Position numbers and translations under genes: made by a program. Below are positions 39,531 through 50,690 of a DNA stretch of 64,000 nt, in pieces (position 1 is the first letter of the stretch; every line of letters starts with the position of its first letter). The stretch comes from Schmidtea nova (lineage: Eukaryota). The stretch is taken from assembly GCA_044892505.1 (NCBI GenBank), contig CM097882.1, forward strand, positions 153,078,001-153,142,000, read 5' to 3'. The notes under the pieces are model-generated. The model saw only the letters and a program-made list of their open reading frames with translations. It searched no databases and was not told the origin of the DNA.

Positions 39531-42500
39531 AAGGGTATGCACAAACGAATTGAAAATTTCAATATGTTAAATGCGGTCTGAGCAGCCAATAATCTAACAA
39601 AAAACTGAACTGTTCCTTTTACATTTTTTATTTTGCTTTATATTTTCGACTGAATAGCAACGAACATAGGAAAAACATCGTGTTATTATAATTTGGGCAT
39701 ATTTTGCAAAATAGTGTTCTTGCTGCACTTGGGAAACTTCTTGCGATGCTCACGTACGACCTGTAATGCAAACTGAGTCTGTTCATCGTCCTTTGTCAGC
39801 AAGCCGCTGAATTCTTGAATCATAGCAATTCCTCTCTCTGCTGTGTCATTTGTGACTCTTAATTGTCGCACAATTTCTTCGCCATATAAATAATCTTCTC
39901 TTATGATCCATGTGATTGGATCAGCTTCCATGAATGCCTCAGATAATGATAGCAATTCAAAGAATTGCTGGTGACAAAATTGTGCAACTGTAGTTCAAGG
40001 ATGTATTCTTTCTTAACCGTGATTCGTTTCTTGGGATTAGGTTTAGCTTTCTTTTGCAGTTCATTCAGCATGCTCTTCTTTTTTTCGACACACACTTCTC
40101 GATCAAATAACGCAAGAGCCACTAAATCTTCACTCAAGTACCAAAGATGTCCGAGAATTTATTGAGAGTACATTTTGATGCTACGGAATTGAGAATAGCC
40201 AGCTTCTTAAGCAGTTGTAAGTCGTTAGAGGGAGCCATTGAAGGAACTAAACACAGCAACCACGATTTGACATACGCTTGCACCCCAAATAAGCACACTT
40301 CGGCCAATCCTTTCCTTTCGCATTCCGTAAGCTTGAAATTTGTGTCTCGGAACAGGAATATATTGTAGGAATACAACAGCTTCGCCATAAACCGTGCGCG
40401 ATGCAAAGCTCCAGGTTTGAGAAAATGAACTCCACGTGGTGGAACGCCACCCAGGAAGATGATCACTAATTCAAGGAGTTCCATGCAGTCATAACGTGGC
40501 TGCACGTTTTGTAGTTGATTGGTGCCGAATTGAATCATCTCAGCTATGTCTTCTTGCAGCGCTATATGAACGCTTTGATCAGCAATGCCGTACTTGTAGG
40601 AGTTAACTTCGATGTTGGGCCAGAATGATTGAAATCGCTTAAAGAGAGGGATGTTGGGACCACTTGATGGACCCATTGATTGAAGGAATATCTCTTCAAG
40701 CATTATCTCATGAATATGATGCCGACATGCGAGGTGAAGGATGCTTTAAAACAGAACACAAGCTTCACTTTTCAGTCCAGTATTGCTCGCAGTCGTATAA
40801 AAACTTAGACCTTTGATGCGTTCTTGTAGACCCCATGAAGTCACTGATTCTACTAGAGCATTGGCAATTTCTTTACCTGTACCATTTGAAAGTTTGGGAA
40901 TAGCAAGGAGCTGCTCACTTCCTGAGCCTGAAACGATTATGGCAAGTCGGTCCACATTCCGCTCTCCTGTCACATCTTTCAATATTTTGCCATCGAAATG
41001 AAGAATCAGTGGTTTTTTAGGATCAAAATTTTCTTTCACGTGAGCTGTTGTGACAGAACGATGCATGAGACTAACACGATGAATTGAAGATCGATTTATG
41101 TTAAATTCAGCTACATCTCCTGCAGATGCTTGGACAGCTGCTGACAGATTTTGAACAGCCGAACGGATGCTGGTTTTAGTGCGATCAAGAGATGACAAAA
41201 CTTCAGGCCTCAACAAAGTTCGCATGCCTCTTTTACACTTCCGAGGGGTTTGATTTCCATTCCCATTTCCAAATATGGAATATGAAGTGTCTTCATCATT
41301 GGATTTAGTCTCGCTTGAAGAAATAGCTGCCTTGAGCTGTGATGAATTACATTCTTCTTTCTGTTTTCTTTCAAATTGTAATCGTTTCTTTTGTTGTGCA
41401 GTAGCTTTCTTTTCTTTCCGCGCTAGAGACGTATCCACACCAGCCATTGAACTAATTCGTCCTTTTTCTCTTTGAGCTAACAGAAACTGTCGATCTTCTT
41501 CAATTTTAATTAATACCTGTGCGTCTTCATGAGCAATATCAAAGAAATCAGTGAAAGTCTGATTCAGCCCGTTTTCATTTGCAGTTTGTGTTGTAGATTG
41601 GCGTCCTTTGCTTTACTTGAGATTTTCCCACCTCGTCATTTTCTTTTCAAGCTGTTTAACGGCTTGGTGACGTGGTCTCACTGGAATCCATGCTCTATTC
41701 GAAAACTCCTCCACTTCAATTATTGTTTGTAACGCAGCATCATGTTTACTTTCAGCACAGGTCTGCAGTTTGTGCAGGTAGATACCCGTTACATCACCAA
41801 TAGAAGGCAATTTAGCTCCAGCAAGAGTTTCCTTAATTGATCCAAGTAGATAAACATTTGCATTACTTCTCGTAATACAATTCATACTAAAGCAATAAGG
41901 AAATATAAATAATTCAATTAACATGGTTTGATAATTAAAAATGAACTGTAAGCACTTATACCTACTCCGTATTAGAAAATAGATAGCTCTCAGTGTATTT
42001 AAATTTGCACAAAATTTATAAAAAATTAAAACAAAATAATAATAATAGGGTTCATTCCAAATTAAATTACTGCATTGTTCTATTTTCTGTCTTTTATCAA
42101 TAACTTTTGAAAGACATAAGACAAATTCGTTCTATTTTTTAATTTAATCATAAGAACTTTATTTTATTAGTGAAATTAATTTGGTATTAAAATGTATGAA
42201 GTTGACTTGTTTAAATGCTGTATTATTTGGCGGTTTTAAAAAACACGCATCTTCACCTTCTGTACCATCGTTGACAGTAACCATGTCACACTTAATTTTT
42301 CTAAAATTTTTATTAATTTCTGTTCTGTAAGGTATTTTAAATGCTGAAGAAAATATATAGCTTTGAGAGTATTTAAATTTGCACAATATTTATAAAAACT
42401 TAAAACAACTTGCGCATACCCTGAATCAACAGTGATCAATTAAATATTTTCCCAAACTTAGTTTCTTATATGGGAGCACTTTCTAAAGGGTGAGGACAAT

Positions 42501-42544
42501 GATTTTGTGATTTTAAAATTTTTTGTCTTTTAAGGGACACCCTA
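39531..42544 (-). mobile_element. hATm-like transposon, copy 7 (transposase relic 39686-41924)
   Basis: Copy of 4404-7417. Confidence 0.78.
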
Positions 42545-42773
42545 CTGTACACGAGTTAAAAAGCATACAAGAAAGAGCTGAAAGAGTAACATTATGGAGC
42601 ATAATGAGACTTGCAAGAAAAGCATTGAGAATTTCCAATTTCAAAATACTTTCTACGGGTTCTAAAAATTATTATGAACGTGTAAATTGTGAGGGTTTGA
42701 TGATAAAAGCATTTAATTAAAATAAACATACAAAATGCAATATCTACATGCATTTTGAGAGTTTTTAATTAAT

Positions 42774-44399
42774 GTAAATGTAAAAGCTATGAAATGCACC
42801 ATTAGTTATTGTAGCAAAGAAAGACGGAAACGTTAGAATATGCATGGATTACAGAGGCTTAAATTCAATTATGAATGCTTGATAGGCAATATTTGTAAGA
42901 CTATTTAGCAGATTCAAAATAAAGCTCGTCAATCAACTTGGGACAGGCATACTATCAAGTCGGTGTAGCGCCAGAAATTCAAGAATTAACTCTTTAAGTA
43001 CTAAAGAAGGGAAATTTTTAATTTCACCAGATTAGCATTTGTATTAGCAACGGCCCCAGCAACATTTCAAAGGCTAATGCATACATTACTAGATAGCATT
43101 ATCTTTAAATGAGTTATTGTGTACTTAGACGATATTTTACTTTATTGGTAAACTAAAGCTGGACACGATAAAATGCTAGAAACAGTTCTCAATAGAATTC
43201 AAGATGCAGGTTTAAAGATCAGCTACGATTATATAAAAAAGAGTTAATTTTCTTGGACATGCTGTAAGCGCAAATGGAATCCAGATGAATGATAAAAGAA
43301 TTGAAGAAATCCAAAATGCAAATATACCACAATGTGCCAAGCAGTTACGATCATTCTTGTGCATGACAAATTATTATAGAAGATTCATTAAAGATTTCGC
43401 AAAGATTGCAGCTCCGCTTTATCAGGCAAAAACGGGATGCGAGAAGAAAATTTCATATACAAAAGAATGCGAAGATGCTTCTCAAACTCTCAAGGACAAA
43501 TTGTGTGAAGCTCCAATATTGGACTATCCGAGTAAAAACCGAAACTTTATGCTAGATACATATGCCAGTTTCTGGGCTATTGGAGCAGTTTTAAGATAGT
43601 AGAAAGAGAATGGGTTAAGGTTACTGTGTCACAAGAAAAGAACTACTTGCTAAACACAAAAATGTGAGTTATTTTTATCAATACATGTATGAGAAAGATT
43701 TGTAGTGCGAATAGATCAAAGAGCGTTAATATTTATGAATACAATAAAGCAAGCAAATTTTCCTCAATTTCAAACCTGGATGGCAAATTTATCAGAATAT
43801 TACTTTGAATTAAGATATCATAAGGGAGAAGATCATTCAAATGCCGATGGATTATCCAGGATAAAAAGAATAGTATATGCACAATGTCAAACGAGACACG
43901 AGAATGCTAAGGAATGTTATTCACAGAGTTAGACACATCTGCATAATCCAGAAAACAGAGACAATGAAACAAATAATAGAAGCGCAAGAAAAAGATGCCA
44001 AGTTTTACAAAATGAAGGAATAACTCGATGAACTCAGTTTAAATATGACAATATTCGATCCAAAAGATTATCTTTACAAACTAAGGAATGACTTGAAAGT
44101 AGAGAACTTTCTGAAGATCAAAAATGAAGGACTGGATTTAGTACTCGTTAAAAAAATTAACGAAGAACTTTGTCACATTGGAGTAAAAAAATTAGTACAT
44201 TACTTAAAAAACTTTTTCAATGGCCAAGCATGCACATTACAATCAGAGAATGCCTACAAAAATGTGTGAAATAGGAAAAGCAGAAAATAAACTCAGAGCA
44301 GACTAAAGAGATTCTAATAACGCGAACAAGTACAGAGTCTTATGGATCAAATAATTATCGAAATTGCTTATATGAAACCACTAGCAACGAAAGGGTATG
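42774..44399 (+). pseudogene. Ty3/Gypsy pol fragment, copy 8
   Basis: Copy of 1763-3388. Confidence 0.9.
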
Positions 44400-44426
44400 A
44401 AGGTCGATTTAACGGCCACCTCGAAA

Positions 44427-44576
44427 NNNNNNNNNNNNNNNNNNNNNNNNNNNNNNNNNNNNNNNNNNNNNNNNNNNNNNNNNNNNNNNNNNNNNNNNNN
44501 NNNNNNNNNNNNNNNNNNNNNNNNNNNNNNNNNNNNNNNNNNNNNNNNNNNNNNNNNNNNNNNNNNNNNNNNNNNN
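44427..44576. repeat. Masked (AT)n tract, inferred (AT)56
   Basis: 150 N minus 38 fixed bp. Confidence 0.85.
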
Positions 44577-45424
44577 CAAGTTTCTAAAGATCAAATATTT
44601 AATCCTTTTTTCCTCATAGATATGTAAAGTTTTAAATATCTCTTGAATATTGGAACTGAAGTACAACCTATTTTAAATAAACTATTAAATAAAAATGGCA
44701 ATTTATTCAAATAAATAAAATTATATATAAAATTAGAATAGCTTCTGGCAATGTATACAAATCAGTAACTTTTTTTCCTATAAATTTCGGTTTCAAAATG
44801 TTTATCTTTCTTTTCAATCAAACAATCAAGAAATGATAATTTAGAATTAATTTCTTCTTCAAAAATAAATTTAATATTTTTATGCTAATTAGTATTATAA
44901 AAGAAATATGATAAGGGATTGGTTTATCGTTCATGGACATTGCCGTCAACTTATTGTAAATGTATAACTATTATTGATAAATTACTTAATATACTACAGA
45001 ATAACGCATGGTGAGTGAAACTGTTGATTAGTGTAATAATAAATTGAATGTGATTGATGACAAAATGTCTCCTGGTGTTCATCGTTTAATTTCCTTGATA
45101 TTATATCTTTGATTGAAACAGTTGATGTTGTTATAGGAATGAATGATGGTGTTGATGGTAATAATAATGAAATAAATAAAATTTATTTGAAGGATAGCAT
45201 TGGTTTTGTTATAGTTTTACCTTTTTCTGAGGATTTTGTAAATTTTAGAAATTCTATTATAAAAAATATTGGATTCATCTCTGTACAGTGTCAAGAGATG
45301 AATACAATATTTTTTATAATAGATTATTTTTCAAGTTTCGACTATCTACTCTCTCACCCTTTCAGTGTAGTCCCTCTATGAAAATAAAACTGTATGCAAA
45401 ATATTTGCCACAAAAAACGATTTT

Positions 45425-48400
45425 AAGGGTATGCACAAACGAATTGAAAATTTCAATATGTTAAATGCGGTCTGAGCAGCCAATAATCTAACAAAAAACT
45501 GAACTGTTCCTTTTACATTTTTTATTTTGCTTTATATTTTCGACTGAATAGCAACGAACATAGGAAAAACATCGTGTTATTATAATTTGGGCATATTTTG
45601 CAAAATAGTGTTCTTGCTGCACTTGGGAAACTTCTTGCGATGCTCACGTACGACCTGTAATGCAAACTGAGTCTGTTCATCGTCCTTTGTCAGCAAGCCG
45701 CTGAATTCTTGAATCATAGCAATTCCTCTCTCTGCTGTGTCATTTGTGACTCTTAATTGTCGCACAATTTCTTCGCCATATAAATAATCTTCTCTTATGA
45801 TCCATGTGATTGGATCAGCTTCCATGAATGCCTCAGATAATGATAGCAATTCAAAGAATTGCTGGTGACAAAATTGTGCAACTGTAGTTCAAGGATGTAT
45901 TCTTTCTTAACCGTGATTCGTTTCTTGGGATTAGGTTTAGCTTTCTTTTGCAGTTCATTCAGCATGCTCTTCTTTTTTTCGACACACACTTCTCGATCAA
46001 ATAACGCAAGAGCCACTAAATCTTCACTCAAGTACCAAAGATGTCCGAGAATTTATTGAGAGTACATTTTGATGCTACGGAATTGAGAATAGCCAGCTTC
46101 TTAAGCAGTTGTAAGTCGTTAGAGGGAGCCATTGAAGGAACTAAACACAGCAACCACGATTTGACATACGCTTGCACCCCAAATAAGCACACTTCGGCCA
46201 ATCCTTTCCTTTCGCATTCCGTAAGCTTGAAATTTGTGTCTCGGAACAGGAATATATTGTAGGAATACAACAGCTTCGCCATAAACCGTGCGCGATGCAA
46301 AGCTCCAGGTTTGAGAAAATGAACTCCACGTGGTGGAACGCCACCCAGGAAGATGATCACTAATTCAAGGAGTTCCATGCAGTCATAACGTGGCTGCACG
46401 TTTTGTAGTTGATTGGTGCCGAATTGAATCATCTCAGCTATGTCTTCTTGCAGCGCTATATGAACGCTTTGATCAGCAATGCCGTACTTGTAGGAGTTAA
46501 CTTCGATGTTGGGCCAGAATGATTGAAATCGCTTAAAGAGAGGGATGTTGGGACCACTTGATGGACCCATTGATTGAAGGAATATCTCTTCAAGCATTAT
46601 CTCATGAATATGATGCCGACATGCGAGGTGAAGGATGCTTTAAAACAGAACACAAGCTTCACTTTTCAGTCCAGTATTGCTCGCAGTCGTATAAAAACTT
46701 AGACCTTTGATGCGTTCTTGTAGACCCCATGAAGTCACTGATTCTACTAGAGCATTGGCAATTTCTTTACCTGTACCATTTGAAAGTTTGGGAATAGCAA
46801 GGAGCTGCTCACTTCCTGAGCCTGAAACGATTATGGCAAGTCGGTCCACATTCCGCTCTCCTGTCACATCTTTCAATATTTTGCCATCGAAATGAAGAAT
46901 CAGTGGTTTTTTAGGATCAAAATTTTCTTTCACGTGAGCTGTTGTGACAGAACGATGCATGAGACTAACACGATGAATTGAAGATCGATTTATGTTAAAT
47001 TCAGCTACATCTCCTGCAGATGCTTGGACAGCTGCTGACAGATTTTGAACAGCCGAACGGATGCTGGTTTTAGTGCGATCAAGAGATGACAAAACTTCAG
47101 GCCTCAACAAAGTTCGCATGCCTCTTTTACACTTCCGAGGGGTTTGATTTCCATTCCCATTTCCAAATATGGAATATGAAGTGTCTTCATCATTGGATTT
47201 AGTCTCGCTTGAAGAAATAGCTGCCTTGAGCTGTGATGAATTACATTCTTCTTTCTGTTTTCTTTCAAATTGTAATCGTTTCTTTTGTTGTGCAGTAGCT
47301 TTCTTTTCTTTCCGCGCTAGAGACGTATCCACACCAGCCATTGAACTAATTCGTCCTTTTTCTCTTTGAGCTAACAGAAACTGTCGATCTTCTTCAATTT
47401 TAATTAATACCTGTGCGTCTTCATGAGCAATATCAAAGAAATCAGTGAAAGTCTGATTCAGCCCGTTTTCATTTGCAGTTTGTGTTGTAGATTGGCGTCC
47501 TTTGCTTTACTTGAGATTTTCCCACCTCGTCATTTTCTTTTCAAGCTGTTTAACGGCTTGGTGACGTGGTCTCACTGGAATCCATGCTCTATTCGAAAAC
47601 TCCTCCACTTCAATTATTGTTTGTAACGCAGCATCATGTTTACTTTCAGCACAGGTCTGCAGTTTGTGCAGGTAGATACCCGTTACATCACCAATAGAAG
47701 GCAATTTAGCTCCAGCAAGAGTTTCCTTAATTGATCCAAGTAGATAAACATTTGCATTACTTCTCGTAATACAATTCATACTAAAGCAATAAGGAAATAT
47801 AAATAATTCAATTAACATGGTTTGATAATTAAAAATGAACTGTAAGCACTTATACCTACTCCGTATTAGAAAATAGATAGCTCTCAGTGTATTTAAATTT
47901 GCACAAAATTTATAAAAAATTAAAACAAAATAATAATAATAGGGTTCATTCCAAATTAAATTACTGCATTGTTCTATTTTCTGTCTTTTATCAATAACTT
48001 TTGAAAGACATAAGACAAATTCGTTCTATTTTTTAATTTAATCATAAGAACTTTATTTTATTAGTGAAATTAATTTGGTATTAAAATGTATGAAGTTGAC
48101 TTGTTTAAATGCTGTATTATTTGGCGGTTTTAAAAAACACGCATCTTCACCTTCTGTACCATCGTTGACAGTAACCATGTCACACTTAATTTTTCTAAAA
48201 TTTTTATTAATTTCTGTTCTGTAAGGTATTTTAAATGCTGAAGAAAATATATAGCTTTGAGAGTATTTAAATTTGCACAATATTTATAAAAACTTAAAAC
48301 AACTTGCGCATACCCTGAATCAACAGTGATCAATTAAATATTTTCCCAAACTTAGTTTCTTATATGGGAGCACTTTCTAAAGGGTGAGGACAATGATTTT

Positions 48401-48438
48401 GTGATTTTAAAATTTTTTGTCTTTTAAGGGACACCCTA
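45425..48438 (-). mobile_element. hATm-like transposon, copy 8 (transposase relic 45580-47818)
   Basis: Copy of 4404-7417; termini checked at 45425 (AAGGGT) and 48438 (ACACCCTA). Confidence 0.78.
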
Positions 48439-48840
48439 CTGTACACGAGTTAAAAAGCATACAAGAAAGAGCTGAAAGAGTAACATTATGGAGCATAATG
48501 AGACTTGCAAGAAAAGCATTGAGAATTTCCAATTTCAAAATACTTTCTACGGGTTCTAAAAATTATTATGAACGTGTAAATTGTGAGGGTTTGATGATAA
48601 AAGCATTTAATTAAAATAAACATACAAAATGCAATATCTACATGCATTTTGAGAGTTTTTAATTAATTTTTCTAGGAGTTTTATTGGATTGTGCACATGT
48701 GATTATGTAATCACTAATAATCGTGTAAATAAGATCAATTTTTATTTTATTGAAATTGTGTAAAGCCTGATGATGACAGCTAAGCTGTTGAAATATATTG
48801 CATTAAATAAGTTGTTGTTTGAATAATTATTTTTCTTGGT
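48439..48840 (+). mobile_element. 3' remnant of a Penelope-like element: GIY-YIG C-terminus plus 3' UTR/pLTR with hammerhead; spans the array boundary; right end approximate
   Basis: The GIY-YIG-like peptide (48439-~48640) is followed by ~120 bp and a minimal type I hammerhead, the usual PLE 3' layout. Confidence 0.6.
48761..48805 (+). ncRNA. Minimal type I hammerhead ribozyme motif (PLE-type)
   Basis: UAAAGC-CUGAUGA-U-GACAGC uaa GCUGUU-GAA-AUAUAU-U-GCAUUA. Canonical core, 6-bp stem II, palindromic AUAUAU stem III, stem I 5/6 paired, predicted cleavage after AUU at 48799. Confidence 0.7.
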
Positions 48841-49281
48841 GAACAAATATTTAAATTTGAAGTTAGGTTGTTTTTGATATAATGATAAATTATTTAGAAA
48901 ACTCTATAAATCTTTTTCTGTTAAACTGGAAATTAAGTAAAACAAATCCCATATATAAATTTGTAATATAAATTTATTTAAAATTCATTACATAATGCTA
49001 ATTTTATTCATTTTTTCCGATAATAGTGAAATATAATCAAAGTCACTGACTTCTTCAAGTGTAATTTCTGGTGTTATTTAAAATAGTGTTATTATTATGT
49101 TTAAGTTATTAGGAAATTAAAATAAAATTTTCATCGTATTGTTAAAACATAAAAATATTTTCTTCTAAAAATTAAAATTTAATTTAAATAATTTATTATA
49201 TTTTCTATTCATCTACATTTATTATTATTATCAATAATTCTCATAATGACTATAGATCAAAATTTTTTTTTATAAACAATA

Positions 49282-49314
49282 ACACAATATTTCGGCACAG
49301 CCTTTATCAAGTGT
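49282..49314 (-). ncRNA. Variant minimal hammerhead motif (U3-A8 core, extra A after A9)
   Basis: The minus strand reads ACAC-UUGAUAA-A-GGC ugu GCC-GAA-AUAU-U-GUGU: stem I ACAC/GUGU, stem II GGC/GCC, palindromic AUAU stem III. Confidence 0.55.
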
Positions 49315-49501
49315 GTATAATTAAATTTGCACAAAATTTATAAAAACTTAATAAAGGCTGTGCCGAAATATTGTGTTATTGTTTATAAAAAAAAATTTGA
49401 TCTATAGTCATTATGAGAATTATTGATAATAATATTATTATTATTATTATCAATAATTCTCATAATGACTATAGATCAAAAATTTTTTTTTATAAACAAT
49501 A

Positions 49502-49534
49502 ACACAATATTTCGGCACAGCCTTTATCAAGTGT
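49502..49534 (-). ncRNA. Variant minimal hammerhead motif, copy 2
   Basis: Identical to 49282-49314. Confidence 0.55.
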
Positions 49535-49720
49535 GTATAATTAAATTTGCACAAAATTTATAAAAACTTAATAAAGGCTGTGCCGAAATATTGTGTTATT
49601 GTTTATAAAAAAAATTTGATCTATAGTCATTATGAGAATTATTGATAATAATATTATTATTATTATTATCAATAATTCTCATAATGACTATAGATCAAAG
49701 ATTTTTTTTTATAAACAATA

Positions 49721-49753
49721 ACACAATATTTCGGCACAGCCTTTATCAAGTGT
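49721..49753 (-). ncRNA. Variant minimal hammerhead motif, copy 3
   Basis: Identical to 49282-49314. Confidence 0.55.
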
Positions 49754-49940
49754 GTATAATTAAATTTGCACAAAATTTATAAAAACTTAATAAAGGCTGT
49801 GCCGAAATATTGTGTTATTGTTTATAAAAAAAAATTTTGATCTATAGTCATTATGAGAATTATTGATAATAATAATAAAAAAAGATCAAAGGTGAAAAAA
49901 GATAATTATGATCTACATTTATGTTTATTTAAATTTTTAG

Positions 49941-50096
49941 TGGATATCGGGGATTATTGTGACGATAATAAAGATGTTTGCCGCTCAAAAAAAGCAATTT
50001 GTGCTGAAAAGTCAATGAATAATCAAATCAAGATTTGTATTTGTCCGAAAGGTTATATAAAGTTATATCAGTCAAATCTTCACTACCATGAGTGCT
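49941..50096 (+). CDS. Internal exon (phase 1-1, 156 bp) of a host gene encoding a cysteine-rich EGF-like module
   Basis: TTTTTAG acceptor and GTGAGT donor; DIGDYCDDNKDVCRSKKAICAEKSMNNQIKICICPKGYIKLYQSNLHYHEC with EGF-like CxC spacing. Confidence 0.75.
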
Positions 50097-50148
50097 GTGA
50101 GTTCTTTGTGTGGATTTCAATAGTTTTGTGAAATAAAACTTATTTTAG

Positions 50149-50325
50149 TTCCAATTTTGAATGAAAATTCACCATTATGCTCATTGTGTACCGCATCTAA
50201 GGGTACATGTTATGATATCAATGACGATGATGTTGGAGATGGATGTATATGTCCCTCCATGTATTCAACAGCTGAAACTCATGTTGAATTTAAGCATCAA
50301 AATCAATTCTGTTCATTATCACATT
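50149..50325 (+). CDS. Next internal exon (phase 1-1, 177 bp), EGF-like module, after a 52-bp intron
   Basis: TATTTTAG acceptor and GTTAGT donor; frame preserved: FPILNENSPLCSLCTASKGTCYDINDDDVGDGCICPSMYSTAETHVEFKHQNQFCSLSH. Confidence 0.75.
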
Positions 50326-50690
50326 GTTAGTAATGTAGTTTTATTATTATATTATCATTAATCTTTAATTTTAGTCATTTTTGATCTTGTTTCAATTTAT
50401 TTATTTTTTAGACAATTGACAGAATATTTGTTTAAAAATAAGCATTTCAACAATTATCTAAAAAATGAACATAATATTTTTATATCATTTTAGTATTACA
50501 TTTTTATTAGTTAAATTTAAAATTAATTACTAGTTAAATAGTGATGTACACTAAGCGCTTGTTTATCGCGGTTAATCCGTTTGACATTCTACAGCGATAA
50601 TTTAATTTCCGCGAAGTAGGATTCTTTATTAATAAATTGAATATTTTCATAGTCAGAGCATAGAAAACCTATTTATGACTATTTATGACA

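Larger units (their letters stand above)
1..48667. repeat. Tandem macrosatellite-like array of a ~5.85-kb composite transposon-relic unit: 8 complete units (1763-7646, 7647-13482, 13483-19353, 19354-25201, 25202-31065, 31066-36897, 36898-42773, 42774-48667) plus partial unit 1-1762; continues beyond the left edge
   Basis: The identical ORF set recurs with periods 5884, 5836, 5871, 5848, 5864, 5832, 5876 and 5894. Each equals 5782 + (AT)n length, corrected for a 1-bp deletion (unit 3) and a 12-bp deletion (unit 4). Identity to the unit ends at GAGAGTTTTTAATTAAT|TTTTCTAGG (48667), where the unit continues |GTAAATG. Confidence 0.97.
49223..49910. mobile_element. 688-bp insertion of three tandem ~220-bp palindromes, flanked by the 12-bp direct repeat ATCTACATTTAT (49211-49222, 49911-49922); PLE/retrozyme-like non-autonomous element
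   Basis: Arms ~85-90 bp, near-perfect inverted; loop 33 nt; periods 220 and 219. The same arm family occurs at 57466-57844. Confidence 0.8.

Noticed and set aside
1-48667. CRISPR array or prokaryotic defence locus
   Set aside because: The repeats are 5.8 kb with no unique spacers, there are no cas genes, and the DNA is eukaryotic (spliceosomal intron, Gypsy/PLE/hAT).
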